The notes under the pieces: model-generated | Seen by the model: the letters and a program-made list of their open reading frames with translations, nothing else | What the model was told of the DNA's origin: nothing | The model's database searches: none | Shown: positions 54,709 to 64,000 of the stretch, in pieces | Layout of the letters: every line of letters begins with the position of its first letter | Numbering within the stretch: the stretch's first letter is position 1 | Source of the DNA: an uncultured virus (IMG/VR IMGVR_UViG_3300043427_002950) | Lineage: Duplodnaviria; Heunggongvirae; Uroviricota; Caudoviricetes | IMG/VR virus record: IMGVR_UViG_3300043427_002950 | Coordinates: 1-64,000 of that record | Direction: 5' to 3' (one strand) | DNA: 64,000 nt | Program-made: the position numbers and the translations under genes

Positions 54709-57700
54709 ATGGCCTTTTACGGTTCTTCTGTTGCCAATTTATCACCTATTTTATTCAGAGGAAATTTATTTTCTGAAGGAGTAAACATAGTATTTTTTAC
54801 TGATGTTTCCTATTCAATGAATTTGGATTCCTCTGGAGTTAGTAATTATACTAGTCCCAGAACTAGTCCAGGTGGAAATATTTCAGTAGGATCAACTGTT
54901 TCTATGTTTTATGATGGAATATTTCCATCAACTCTTCAGAATGACTTATATACATTAAAAGTAGGAGCTCAGTTTCAATCATCACCAAATTTATATACGT
55001 ATATTGATCAAACATTTAGATCAAAATCTTTTACACAATCTTTAACTCTAAACACGGAAACTACGACTTTTCCAAATCATTTTATTGTAGCCGATTCAAA
55101 TTATTTCAACGAAAGAAGTTTTAAAAACCTTTGGAAAAATCAATATATTAATAGTGATGAGGGCGTTTTTAACCTTGGATCATTAAGATATAATATAGCA
55201 TCAAAAGTTTCAAGTGAGTCAACAGCAACAAGATTTAGTTCGTTTGATACTATAGATAATCCAGGACAGTATAGTGAAGACGTTCACGGAAATATTTGGT
55301 CTTTTTATTATAGTGGATCCAATAATGCTTCTGTTAATAATATAACAGAAGGATCTGTAAATACTTCATATATTGGTCAATTTTTAAATACTCCAATTAG
55401 AAGAAATTTACCGACATATGTAATTGCTGCATCTAATGAACAAGAAAATACCGCTTCAAATTTAATAGGTATTGGAATATCTACTAAAAATAATGTTGGT
55501 TATACAACTGACAAATATAAATACAATTCCTCTGGATTTTATGTTAGAAGATATAGAGGATATTTTTTAGACGATCCAGATTCTCCAGATCCAGAGTCTT
55601 CTATTGAAAGTTGGTTTACTAATAAAGCTATTCCACTTCCATTAGGTAATACTACAACTGGAGAATTTGAAGACGCTCCAGGTATGAACTGGTTTATTAA
55701 TGGAACTCCCAATTCAACAGCAACTGCAGCAGCTGATTTGGGAGGTCAACCCAAAATCATTTATGAAGGATATACTGGAGGAGGAACTGCTGTTCTTAAT
55801 ACAGATCCATCTTATGCAGGTATTGAAATTCCAAATTCTCAGATAACACCAGCAACCCAAAATTTAAGTTCTACGATTCAAAAGGGTGGATTTTGGGGAC
55901 CAATTTTTGAAATTGATCGATTAAGATCTGATATATCCAATTATACTATAATGATAGTTGGATACTTTGCTCCTCAGATATCGGGATCATTCACCTTTAG
56001 AATTCAATCAACTGGAACTAGCTGTTTTTGGATTGGATCCGATGCAACAGGAATTGACGGATTTGGTCCAGATTCTAAAGTTTATAGTGGATATACAGTA
56101 TCAAATTCTACAATTACTTGCCCAGATAACTCTGGCACAAGAGATAATTTACTACAGAATCCAGATAGTGATTTAAATGATGTTTTTTCGGTCACATCTG
56201 CTAATTTAAACTTTACTTCAGGAAGATATTATCCATTCAGATTAATATTAGGCAATCCCAATGTTGGAACAAATAACTTTACTCCTGACGGAAGTTTAAA
56301 TTTTAGTACTTCTTTAATAAATCCAAGTTTTGTTAGATTATTATTTGACGTTAATTCTGCTTCTGGAACTGGATCTAAAGAAAATTCTTACGTTCTTAAC
56401 GGATCTGGATATTTCTTTGGAGGACGGGAAGTTTGGGAAGAAGGATCTTTATTCTTTAGACCACCAATTCAAACAGTAACAAGAACGATAGAAGAAGAAG
56501 TACAATATAGAAATCTTAGAGTTATCGGAATTAGTGGATATGAATCCAATGATGGATATGATGCCGTATTTGTAAAAAAGGCAGGGCAAGAATACATATA
56601 TGCAAATCTATCAAAATATTCCTATACTTTTACAACATCACAAAATCCACCTTCTACTTGGAGATTCGCAAATTATTTTAAATCAATAGAGTATTCAATA
56701 ACTGATTCCACTTCTGGATTTACAAGACAAAACAATACGGTTACTGAAGATACAACTGTTGGAACTGGAGCATCTTTTAAAATTGATAAATTAAACGATA
56801 GATACATCATACAAGTGAGACCAGGATTTGCTGGAACTGATTACAGAATTGGAGATAAATTTACAATTTCTGCATCTTCTTTGGGAGAAGATAATATAGA
56901 AAATAATCTTGTAGTTGGAATTACAAGTGTGCAACCTTTAGAATATACTGTAACTGCTTTATTGAGTGATAATTTTGCAGAAAGAACGACTACAAATGCC
57001 ACATTTACTGTAAGAAAAAATGAATTCAATAATAATAATTATTCCTTAACTTTACTTAATGGTGGAACAAATTATGAAAATGGGGATAAATTATTAATAT
57101 CTGGAACGGAATTGGATGGAACATCGGCAAATAATATAACAATTACAGTAACTAATGTATTGTCGGGTGGTATAATAGATACTTATTCGGTATCGGGAAC
57201 GCCCACAAATTACATAGACTATCAAGTACCTTTAAATGCATATTATCCAAAAACTGCAACTTTTTCATATGAACCTATTGATATAAGTTCAGTATATTAT
57301 AGAAAAGGAACTAGTTTAGGAATAGGGTACACAACTGCAAGAATTACTGGTATTGCATATACAACTGGAAATATAATAGGATTAGCTCAAAGTTCATTTA
57401 ATATTTCTGGAATTGCATATACTAATATCACTTCTAGCACTACGGGTATTGCATACTCTACCTCCAATATAGTTGGAATAGGATATACTATACTTTCTGT
57501 TACAGGAGCTGGATTCACCCATGGAAATGTTGCAGGAATTGCTTACACGACATCTACGATTACAAATATTGGATTTACAAGTACTAGTGTAGTAAGTATT
57601 GGATATACTGCACCAAACATTGTAAGTATTGGATATACAGCATTTGCAATTTCCTTTATTACATATCCAGATGCATATACTATAGTTGAGTATGATCCAG

Positions 57701-60700
57701 CAAATGATCAATGTCTTATTACTCTCAATCCTTCAGGTGCAGCATTACCTGGAAATATTGGGATTGGGGGAAAAGTTCTTGTAGCAGGAACTGGAGAACC
57801 TGCTTTAGATAATCAAAGTCTTTCTATTATTAATGTATTGAGTGATTATGAGATAGAAGTTTCTGCTCCAGGTCTTGGTGCAGGGCCAGTACAGAATCCT
57901 TTACCTGCAAAATTAATTATTACTCAATTGGATAATGGGGTTAATAATAATGTTGGACTTGGTTCTGATGCATTATTACAAACATCAGCAGATCATACTT
58001 TTATAACTGGAGATTCTATAATTATAAGAGGAACAACAGATTCAGATTGGAATTCAACTTTTACTGTAAAATCTGTAGAAAGTCCAACTCAAATTAAAAT
58101 TGATAATACTGGAAGAACTGAATTATTTGCAGCAACGACTATAGGATCTGGGTCAACTGTAGGATATAACCAATCAGAATTGGAATTAGTAGTACCAGTA
58201 ACATTCAGAAATGTTGGAATTACAAGTATTGCTTATAATTTAAGAGAAGTATCTCCAGATAATGTAAATCCATATTTACTTAATTCATCACAAGGTTTTA
58301 ATCAATTTAATAATAACGGAGTAACTGCTAGTTATTTAGTTACAATTTTAGGGAATGGTTCAGGTTTAAATCTTGATAATTATTTACAAAATGGTGATAT
58401 TGTTTATATTTTTGGTACTGGAACTGTGTTTGATTATACAAATACGGGATATGGACTTACAGTTACAAGTGTACAAGATGCTGGCATTGGTCAAGATAGA
58501 TTTTCTTTTGAATTTGCAAGTCAAGGTGGAAGTGTTGCTTTTGGAAATGCGTCTGGAAGTTATTACATAGTCAACAAATTAATTCCAATTGTAGACGCAC
58601 CTTCTCATGGATTTAGCAATGGACAATTAGTTTCAATAAGTGGAAATGAAAATAGTGTCTATAATAAAATTTGGCAAGTAGCACAGGCAGGAATTAATAC
58701 TTTTAGACTTGCCGATTCTGTAACTGGCATTGTATCTACAGCAGCAGATTTAATTACAAATTTTGGAAATACTTTTAATCTTTCTGGCACTGCTTCTCAG
58801 TCAATTACTGAATATAAATTGTCAGTTGGAATGGCAATTACAGTATTTGGAGTCACTGGAGAATCAGCAATTTATAACGATGCATATGTAATTTCTGGAA
58901 TTAAATCTTCATTTACGGAACCTTATGCATTTATTCTTAAAGAAAATCAAACGCCATCGACACTTGCTTTACAGGGTTCTTCTGGCAAAATAGGCATTCA
59001 TACAATTTCTGGAATTGCTACGGTAACATCTACGTCTTCTTTTGGATCAGTAGGAAGTTTAATTTCTATAAAAATTCAAGATTCTCCATCTTCGTTCTTC
59101 AATAAAACATATACAAACGCAAGAATTCTAGATAGTACAAGAATTCTTCTCGGTTCTGATAGTTTTAGAAATCAAACTACACCAAATCCAAATGAATATG
59201 TAAGTTCTTCAAATGCAAATTCTAATACAATAGTTGGATTGGTTGGAGATTCATTGAAAGTAACTCATGGAACAATAACTCCATCTGGATATACTTTTGT
59301 CAATGGAGCATCAATTGACATTTATGGTACTACTAATTTTAATGGAACATATACTATTAATAATGTAAATGGAAATATACTTAGTTTAAATTCTACATCA
59401 AATAGCTCTACTAATTTTGCATTACGTGATACATCTGGAGGAATAGGTGTTAGAGGAATAGGTCCAGTTATATCATTTACGAATAGTTATTCTTTCCCGT
59501 CTCCGTATTTTGGACCCAATGGATCAAACATTCAAGTTAAATTGCAAGACACTGGAAAAACTGCATTAAACACGAATACGGCAAGAAATGCCAGAGTTAT
59601 ATCTCCAACAAGTATATTATTGACAGATAATGGACTCAATCCTGCAGACTATAGTAATCCAGGAGCTGGGGGAACAATTGGTTTAATTGGTGCAAATTAT
59701 TATATTACTGTAAGTTCTGGAGCAAATTCTATTCCTGTTGGATCAACTGTTGGAATACAAAATGTTTTAGATCAAAATGGAAATGCTTTAATTGCAGACA
59801 ATTTATTTACAATTCAATCAAATTTTGGAAACGATACAGGTCTCATTGCAATTCCATCAAGTTCGTCATCATCAACTTCCAGTACAAACTTTGGTCTTAG
59901 AGGAAACAGTGGTATTCTTGGATTGAGAGCAAATGCTGTTGTAACTACAAGTTCAAATCATCCTTTTATTAATGGAGATTCTGTTCAAATTGAAAATACA
60001 ACTGGAAATTTAGGAATATTTAATAATACATTCACAATAACTTACGTTTCTCCAACTCAATTTATATTAAACAGTACGAATTCGACTCAATACACTGATG
60101 ATTTTACGAATGCAAATGCAACGGGAGGAATTGCTGGATTGGAAAATTATCCAGCAACTGTCACATCAACAAATCATCCCTTTACAACAGATCAAAGTGT
60201 TCAAATAGAAGGAACTGCTAATTTTAATGGTTCTTATACAATTACAAAAATAGATAATGATAGATTTACTCTTAATGGTAAAACAAACCCAACTAGTTAC
60301 ACAGAAATATCGAATTCCACAATTGATCCAAATGGATTAATTACATTAAAAAATGCTGGACCAACAGTTACATATAATGGAACTCCAAGAGTTGTGGGAG
60401 GGACTGATGTAGACTTCAAAACTGGAGATCAAGTACGAATTCAAAATTCAACCACATTTAATGGAACTTATACTGTTAAAAGATATACTAGCACAACTTT
60501 TGGAATTACACGTACCGATCCAGTATCATTTACTGGAATTAATGAAGGTTCTGGATCAATTGCTGGATTAGTTGGATCTAGTGTAAGAATTAGAACAGGC
60601 ACCGCACATGGTTTAATCGATGGGCAATCAATAAAAATTCAAAATACTTCAACAGGATTTGATAATAAACTATATACTGTTACTACAGTAGACGCAAATT

Positions 60701-63633
60701 TATTTAATATTAGTAATACCGTAAGTACTGCTTCTACAAACTTTACAATAACATCCACTGTTGGATTGGTTGGTTATCAAAATTATCCAGCAATAGCAAC
60801 ATTTTCAAATATAATTCCAAGTTCTTTTGCAGTTGGTTCTCAAATTGATATTGTAAATAATGATGGAACTGATACAGCATCTTCCCAACAATTATCTCTT
60901 CCTGGTCCATATACAATTGCTTGGAGGACTGATACTGGAGGATTAACAAGAGTAGGTCTTCAAGAAGCAATCAATCCTTCTAATTATTCTACTGTTGAGA
61001 ATAATTCTGGTCTTGGTTATACTGCTGGACTTAGAAATTCTCCAGCAATAATTAGATTTAATTCTATAGAATTTTCAAATTTAACATTTGATCTTCCATT
61101 AATATTTGGGGATATTATATCAATTAATATCACTGGAACTGATAATTTTGATGGAGATTATAATGCAAAATATACTTCTTCAAATAGTTTAGAATTAATA
61201 TCACCATCAACAATAAATCCAAATGATTATTCTCCAAATGGAGATGTAAATGGAGTAGTTGGATTAGCAAATTCTGATAGAATTGTTCGTGTAAATGGAG
61301 GGCATGGATTTACTGCTGCAAATGTCGGTACAACTCAGGTGGATATTATAACTGGAAATATTACTTTGCAGAGTGATTTTGGAGGAACTTACTTTATTTC
61401 AGAAATATTAGACACTGAAAATTTTGCACTTTCTGGAACACAAAATCCTTCTGGATCTATTTCTTATACAACTATAGATACTGAAGGATATTATGTCATT
61501 TTTGATAGAGGTCCAATAGTTACGTCAACATTTTCTTTCGATGGATCTTTTGTATATCAGCAACATTTATTGGATCAAGGAGATGGAGTTACAATTACTA
61601 ATTCTTCACTTTCTGGATTTAATGGGAATAGGACAGTATTAAATGCACCAACTTCTACAGTATTTAGAATGAATGGCCCATATCCATCTCCAATTACATT
61701 GAATGGTAGGCCAGATTATAAGATTTCTGGAACTTTACTTTATAATCAAAGAATAGGTCTTTCAAATGGAAATAGTAATGCCGCTGCTTCTTTAATAATT
61801 CGTAGGAATGCAACTGGCATAACTTCTAGTTATACAATTCAATCAATAGTTTCCACTGGTTCAAATTATAAAACAAATGAACTTTATCTAATTCCTGGGT
61901 CAAATCTTGGTGGAACAACTGGAACTCGTAATGATGCATTAGTAAAAATTGGATCTGTTGATGTAAATGGAGGAATTCAATCCACAAACTTATCAATTTT
62001 AAGACAAACATCTAATCCCACAATCTCTGTTCCAGATTCAAGTCTCGATTATGAATCTGCAAAAACAGCTTCTATTATAACTGGAACAGGTTCTGGATCT
62101 CAATTCAGAATTGTTAGAGGGGGAATAAGAACTGCTGGGGTTACAACTTATTCTACAGTTGAGTTATTAAGTGGTGGATCTTTATATAATGTAAATGATG
62201 TTATTAGAATACCTGGAAATCTTCTTGGGGGACAATCTGGAGATGGAACTACAAATACTCTTAGAAATGATCTTTTAATTTATATAGAACAAGTAATTTC
62301 TGGTGGAAGTATTTCTGGAACTGGATTTACATTTAGAGGAATATCAAGAGATAGTGCCCCATTGGTAAACTCTGGATTATCCACAATTTATTTGGATGGA
62401 GGAATTTCTAGAAGATCTAGGCCATTTGGATTAGAAAAAGTGTGGGATAATGTTAATGATTCTGGGCCACCACCAAATCAAGGGTTGTTAAGTCAAACTC
62501 ATGATATGCTTACATTGGCAGAAGCAAATAAAGGTGGCGTTGTTAAAATTGATAAAGTTTATACTTATGGAGACATTGAGAAGAAAGCAGAGATTCAAGA
62601 ACTATTTTTCTATAGCACTTCTTCTATAGGACATAGAGATTTGGCAGCAACAAACTTTGAAGCATCTATATTATATGATACGGGTGGAAAGAGTGGGATT
62701 GCTACAATTATATTTGATAATGATGCATTTGATCAATCCGTATTTTCAAATATTGTGGCCAATGACAACTTATATTTTATAACCTCAAGAAGAAGTAATC
62801 CAAATTTAGGTGTTCCATATTTAGATTATAGATTAATTAATAAATCATTGAATGTTATTCGTGCTAATACTAATTCTTCTACCGATAGTGGTTTTGATTT
62901 AGTTGACGAAGGTACACAACAATTCATCCCTCCATTTGCAACTAATAATCCTGGATTTGCTTTTGGAAGTAGAATAGATCAAATAGTTATTCAAACGGAT
63001 AACACAATAACTGCTTCTATTTCCGATGATCTTCCTTCTGGGTATAAAGCAATAATCATAAATGATAAATCAGTTTTGACCGTTAGATCTGATAATCATC
63101 CATTTGTAAACGGGGAAATAGTCACTATTAGATTAAATAGATTATTTAATACAACTACATACGTTGAAGAGGGAACTGGAATAGCATATACTTCTTATAG
63201 AGTAAGAAATGCCACAACTTTTTCATTCCAATTAGAGGATGTTTCCACAGGAATCGGGTTAACTCCATCAACAATTATGCCTAATGGCAAAAAATTAATT
63301 GATTATTTTGCTGAAGCATATGTTCCAAACACAAGCATTGCTTTATCTCCATGGACAACTGCAAATCGTTCAGAATTGTATGGAAATTCAAATACTTGGT
63401 CTAGGGTGGGATATCCAGTAATTTATGCTTCCGTTGATGTAGATGGAAATGCACCATCAACTGGAACTGGTGAGGGAGATATACAAAACGTAACTAGGTC
63501 ACTTTTAAGTATTGAGGGGGAAGCATATAAGTTGATTCCAGGTGGAAAAGATCCAGTCGATAACAGAGTTGGATTGGCAAAATTAATTGCTAAAGTTATA
63601 TCAGACGCAACTCAGCAAAAATCAAATCCATAA
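54709..63633 (+). CDS. Giant structural/adhesin-like protein (vWA-like + PA14-like + repeated beta modules)
   Basis: 2974 aa; VFFTDVSYSM (DxSxS); GYFAPQISGSFTFRI..GRYYPFRL (PA14/GLEYA-like); about 15 H.F..GD.V.I.G...FNG.YT modules. Confidence 0.65.
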   Translation: MAFYGSSVANLSPILFRGNLFSEGVNIVFFTDVSYSMNLDSSGVSNYTSPRTSPGGNISVGSTVSMFYDGIFPSTLQNDLYTLKVGAQFQSSPNLYTYIDQTFRSKSFTQSLTLNTETTTFPNHFIVADSNYFNERSFKNLWKNQYINSDEGVFNLGSLRYNIASKVSSESTATRFSSFDTIDNPGQYSEDVHGNIWSFYYSGSNNASVNNITEGSVNTSYIGQFLNTPIRRNLPTYVIAASNEQENTASNLIGIGISTKNNVGYTTDKYKYNSSGFYVRRYRGYFLDDPDSPDPESSIESWFTNKAIPLPLGNTTTGEFEDAPGMNWFINGTPNSTATAAADLGGQPKIIYEGYTGGGTAVLNTDPSYAGIEIPNSQITPATQNLSSTIQKGGFWGPIFEIDRLRSDISNYTIMIVGYFAPQISGSFTFRIQSTGTSCFWIGSDATGIDGFGPDSKVYSGYTVSNSTITCPDNSGTRDNLLQNPDSDLNDVFSVTSANLNFTSGRYYPFRLILGNPNVGTNNFTPDGSLNFSTSLINPSFVRLLFDVNSASGTGSKENSYVLNGSGYFFGGREVWEEGSLFFRPPIQTVTRTIEEEVQYRNLRVIGISGYESNDGYDAVFVKKAGQEYIYANLSKYSYTFTTSQNPPSTWRFANYFKSIEYSITDSTSGFTRQNNTVTEDTTVGTGASFKIDKLNDRYIIQVRPGFAGTDYRIGDKFTISASSLGEDNIENNLVVGITSVQPLEYTVTALLSDNFAERTTTNATFTVRKNEFNNNNYSLTLLNGGTNYENGDKLLISGTELDGTSANNITITVTNVLSGGIIDTYSVSGTPTNYIDYQVPLNAYYPKTATFSYEPIDISSVYYRKGTSLGIGYTTARITGIAYTTGNIIGLAQSSFNISGIAYTNITSSTTGIAYSTSNIVGIGYTILSVTGAGFTHGNVAGIAYTTSTITNIGFTSTSVVSIGYTAPNIVSIGYTAFAISFITYPDAYTIVEYDPANDQCLITLNPSGAALPGNIGIGGKVLVAGTGEPALDNQSLSIINVLSDYEIEVSAPGLGAGPVQNPLPAKLIITQLDNGVNNNVGLGSDALLQTSADHTFITGDSIIIRGTTDSDWNSTFTVKSVESPTQIKIDNTGRTELFAATTIGSGSTVGYNQSELELVVPVTFRNVGITSIAYNLREVSPDNVNPYLLNSSQGFNQFNNNGVTASYLVTILGNGSGLNLDNYLQNGDIVYIFGTGTVFDYTNTGYGLTVTSVQDAGIGQDRFSFEFASQGGSVAFGNASGSYYIVNKLIPIVDAPSHGFSNGQLVSISGNENSVYNKIWQVAQAGINTFRLADSVTGIVSTAADLITNFGNTFNLSGTASQSITEYKLSVGMAITVFGVTGESAIYNDAYVISGIKSSFTEPYAFILKENQTPSTLALQGSSGKIGIHTISGIATVTSTSSFGSVGSLISIKIQDSPSSFFNKTYTNARILDSTRILLGSDSFRNQTTPNPNEYVSSSNANSNTIVGLVGDSLKVTHGTITPSGYTFVNGASIDIYGTTNFNGTYTINNVNGNILSLNSTSNSSTNFALRDTSGGIGVRGIGPVISFTNSYSFPSPYFGPNGSNIQVKLQDTGKTALNTNTARNARVISPTSILLTDNGLNPADYSNPGAGGTIGLIGANYYITVSSGANSIPVGSTVGIQNVLDQNGNALIADNLFTIQSNFGNDTGLIAIPSSSSSSTSSTNFGLRGNSGILGLRANAVVTTSSNHPFINGDSVQIENTTGNLGIFNNTFTITYVSPTQFILNSTNSTQYTDDFTNANATGGIAGLENYPATVTSTNHPFTTDQSVQIEGTANFNGSYTITKIDNDRFTLNGKTNPTSYTEISNSTIDPNGLITLKNAGPTVTYNGTPRVVGGTDVDFKTGDQVRIQNSTTFNGTYTVKRYTSTTFGITRTDPVSFTGINEGSGSIAGLVGSSVRIRTGTAHGLIDGQSIKIQNTSTGFDNKLYTVTTVDANLFNISNTVSTASTNFTITSTVGLVGYQNYPAIATFSNIIPSSFAVGSQIDIVNNDGTDTASSQQLSLPGPYTIAWRTDTGGLTRVGLQEAINPSNYSTVENNSGLGYTAGLRNSPAIIRFNSIEFSNLTFDLPLIFGDIISINITGTDNFDGDYNAKYTSSNSLELISPSTINPNDYSPNGDVNGVVGLANSDRIVRVNGGHGFTAANVGTTQVDIITGNITLQSDFGGTYFISEILDTENFALSGTQNPSGSISYTTIDTEGYYVIFDRGPIVTSTFSFDGSFVYQQHLLDQGDGVTITNSSLSGFNGNRTVLNAPTSTVFRMNGPYPSPITLNGRPDYKISGTLLYNQRIGLSNGNSNAAASLIIRRNATGITSSYTIQSIVSTGSNYKTNELYLIPGSNLGGTTGTRNDALVKIGSVDVNGGIQSTNLSILRQTSNPTISVPDSSLDYESAKTASIITGTGSGSQFRIVRGGIRTAGVTTYSTVELLSGGSLYNVNDVIRIPGNLLGGQSGDGTTNTLRNDLLIYIEQVISGGSISGTGFTFRGISRDSAPLVNSGLSTIYLDGGISRRSRPFGLEKVWDNVNDSGPPPNQGLLSQTHDMLTLAEANKGGVVKIDKVYTYGDIEKKAEIQELFFYSTSSIGHRDLAATNFEASILYDTGGKSGIATIIFDNDAFDQSVFSNIVANDNLYFITSRRSNPNLGVPYLDYRLINKSLNVIRANTNSSTDSGFDLVDEGTQQFIPPFATNNPGFAFGSRIDQIVIQTDNTITASISDDLPSGYKAIIINDKSVLTVRSDNHPFVNGEIVTIRLNRLFNTTTYVEEGTGIAYTSYRVRNATTFSFQLEDVSTGIGLTPSTIMPNGKKLIDYFAEAYVPNTSIALSPWTTANRSELYGNSNTWSRVGYPVIYASVDVDGNAPSTGTGEGDIQNVTRSLLSIEGEAYKLIPGGKDPVDNRVGLAKLIAKVISDATQQKSNP

Positions 63634-63679
63634 CTATGATAAATAAATAAGAATAAAAGAAGGGTGGATAGGGAAACCC

Positions 63680-64000
63680 ATGGCCTCAGTCAATAAAAAC
63701 TTTGTTGTTAGAAATGGTCTTGAGGTAAATACCAATTTAATTTATGCTGACATTGATACTCAAAGAGTTGGAATAGGTTTAACTCAACCTTTAGCATCTT
63801 TTCATGTTTTAGGCGATGCAATAATAAATCCAAATTTAACGGTTTCGCAAACGTTATCTGCTGGAAATGTTGATTCATCTTCTGGTTTATTTGGATCTCT
63901 TTCTGCAGGATCTGCAAGTTTAACTGGCGCAACTATTGGAAACCTATCAGTATCAAATAGCGCCTTAATTTCTAATGATCTTACAGTTGGAGATACTCTT
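63680..64000 (+). CDS. Tail-fibre-like protein, 3' truncated by window edge
   Basis: MASVNKNFVVRNGLEVNTNLIYAD..RVGIG..P..FHVLG; not in ORF track. Confidence 0.7.
   Translation, partial: MASVNKNFVVRNGLEVNTNLIYADIDTQRVGIGLTQPLASFHVLGDAIINPNLTVSQTLSAGNVDSSSGLFGSLSAGSASLTGATIGNLSVSNSALISNDLTVGDTL

Overview
This window is a segment of an AT-rich T4-like cyanomyovirus genome; the gene content suggests a freshwater Synechococcus-type phage, but no database search was run. Bases 1-17 kb are an auxiliary-gene region: a cyanobacterial-type porin (5' truncated), NAD-dependent epimerase, two hli genes, peroxiredoxin, a C39-peptidase/lysozyme pair, a (DPE)33 repeat protein, psbA, psbD, RimK-like ligase, a glycosyltransferase/methyltransferase fusion, glutaredoxin, speD, thyX and phoH. 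Core T4-like genes follow: exonuclease, gp33, gp59, gp32, gp53, gp48, gp4, gp54-like, gp26 and gp51. After these come two giant tape-measure-like proteins with about 7 peptidoglycan-hydrolase domains, a gp27-like hub, CP12, gp5, six tRNAs and two giant structural/fibre proteins. The most notable observations are: (1) a nitrogen-sensing module made of an NtcA box, a sigma70 promoter, tandem glutamine aptamers (the second with a 50-codon ORF inside its P2 loop) and YRG/DUF4278 peptides; (2) a T_TTT_TTC -1 slippery site that would fuse gp26 to gp51 just upstream of the tape-measure genes, like the lambda G/GT chaperone frameshift; (3) an apparently nested domain architecture in a 2974-aa vWA/PA14 protein; (4) RpaB/HLR1-like boxes at the hli, psbA and psbD promoters; (5) a rare tRNA-Ile(UAU). 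All family assignments come from motif recognition by eye.
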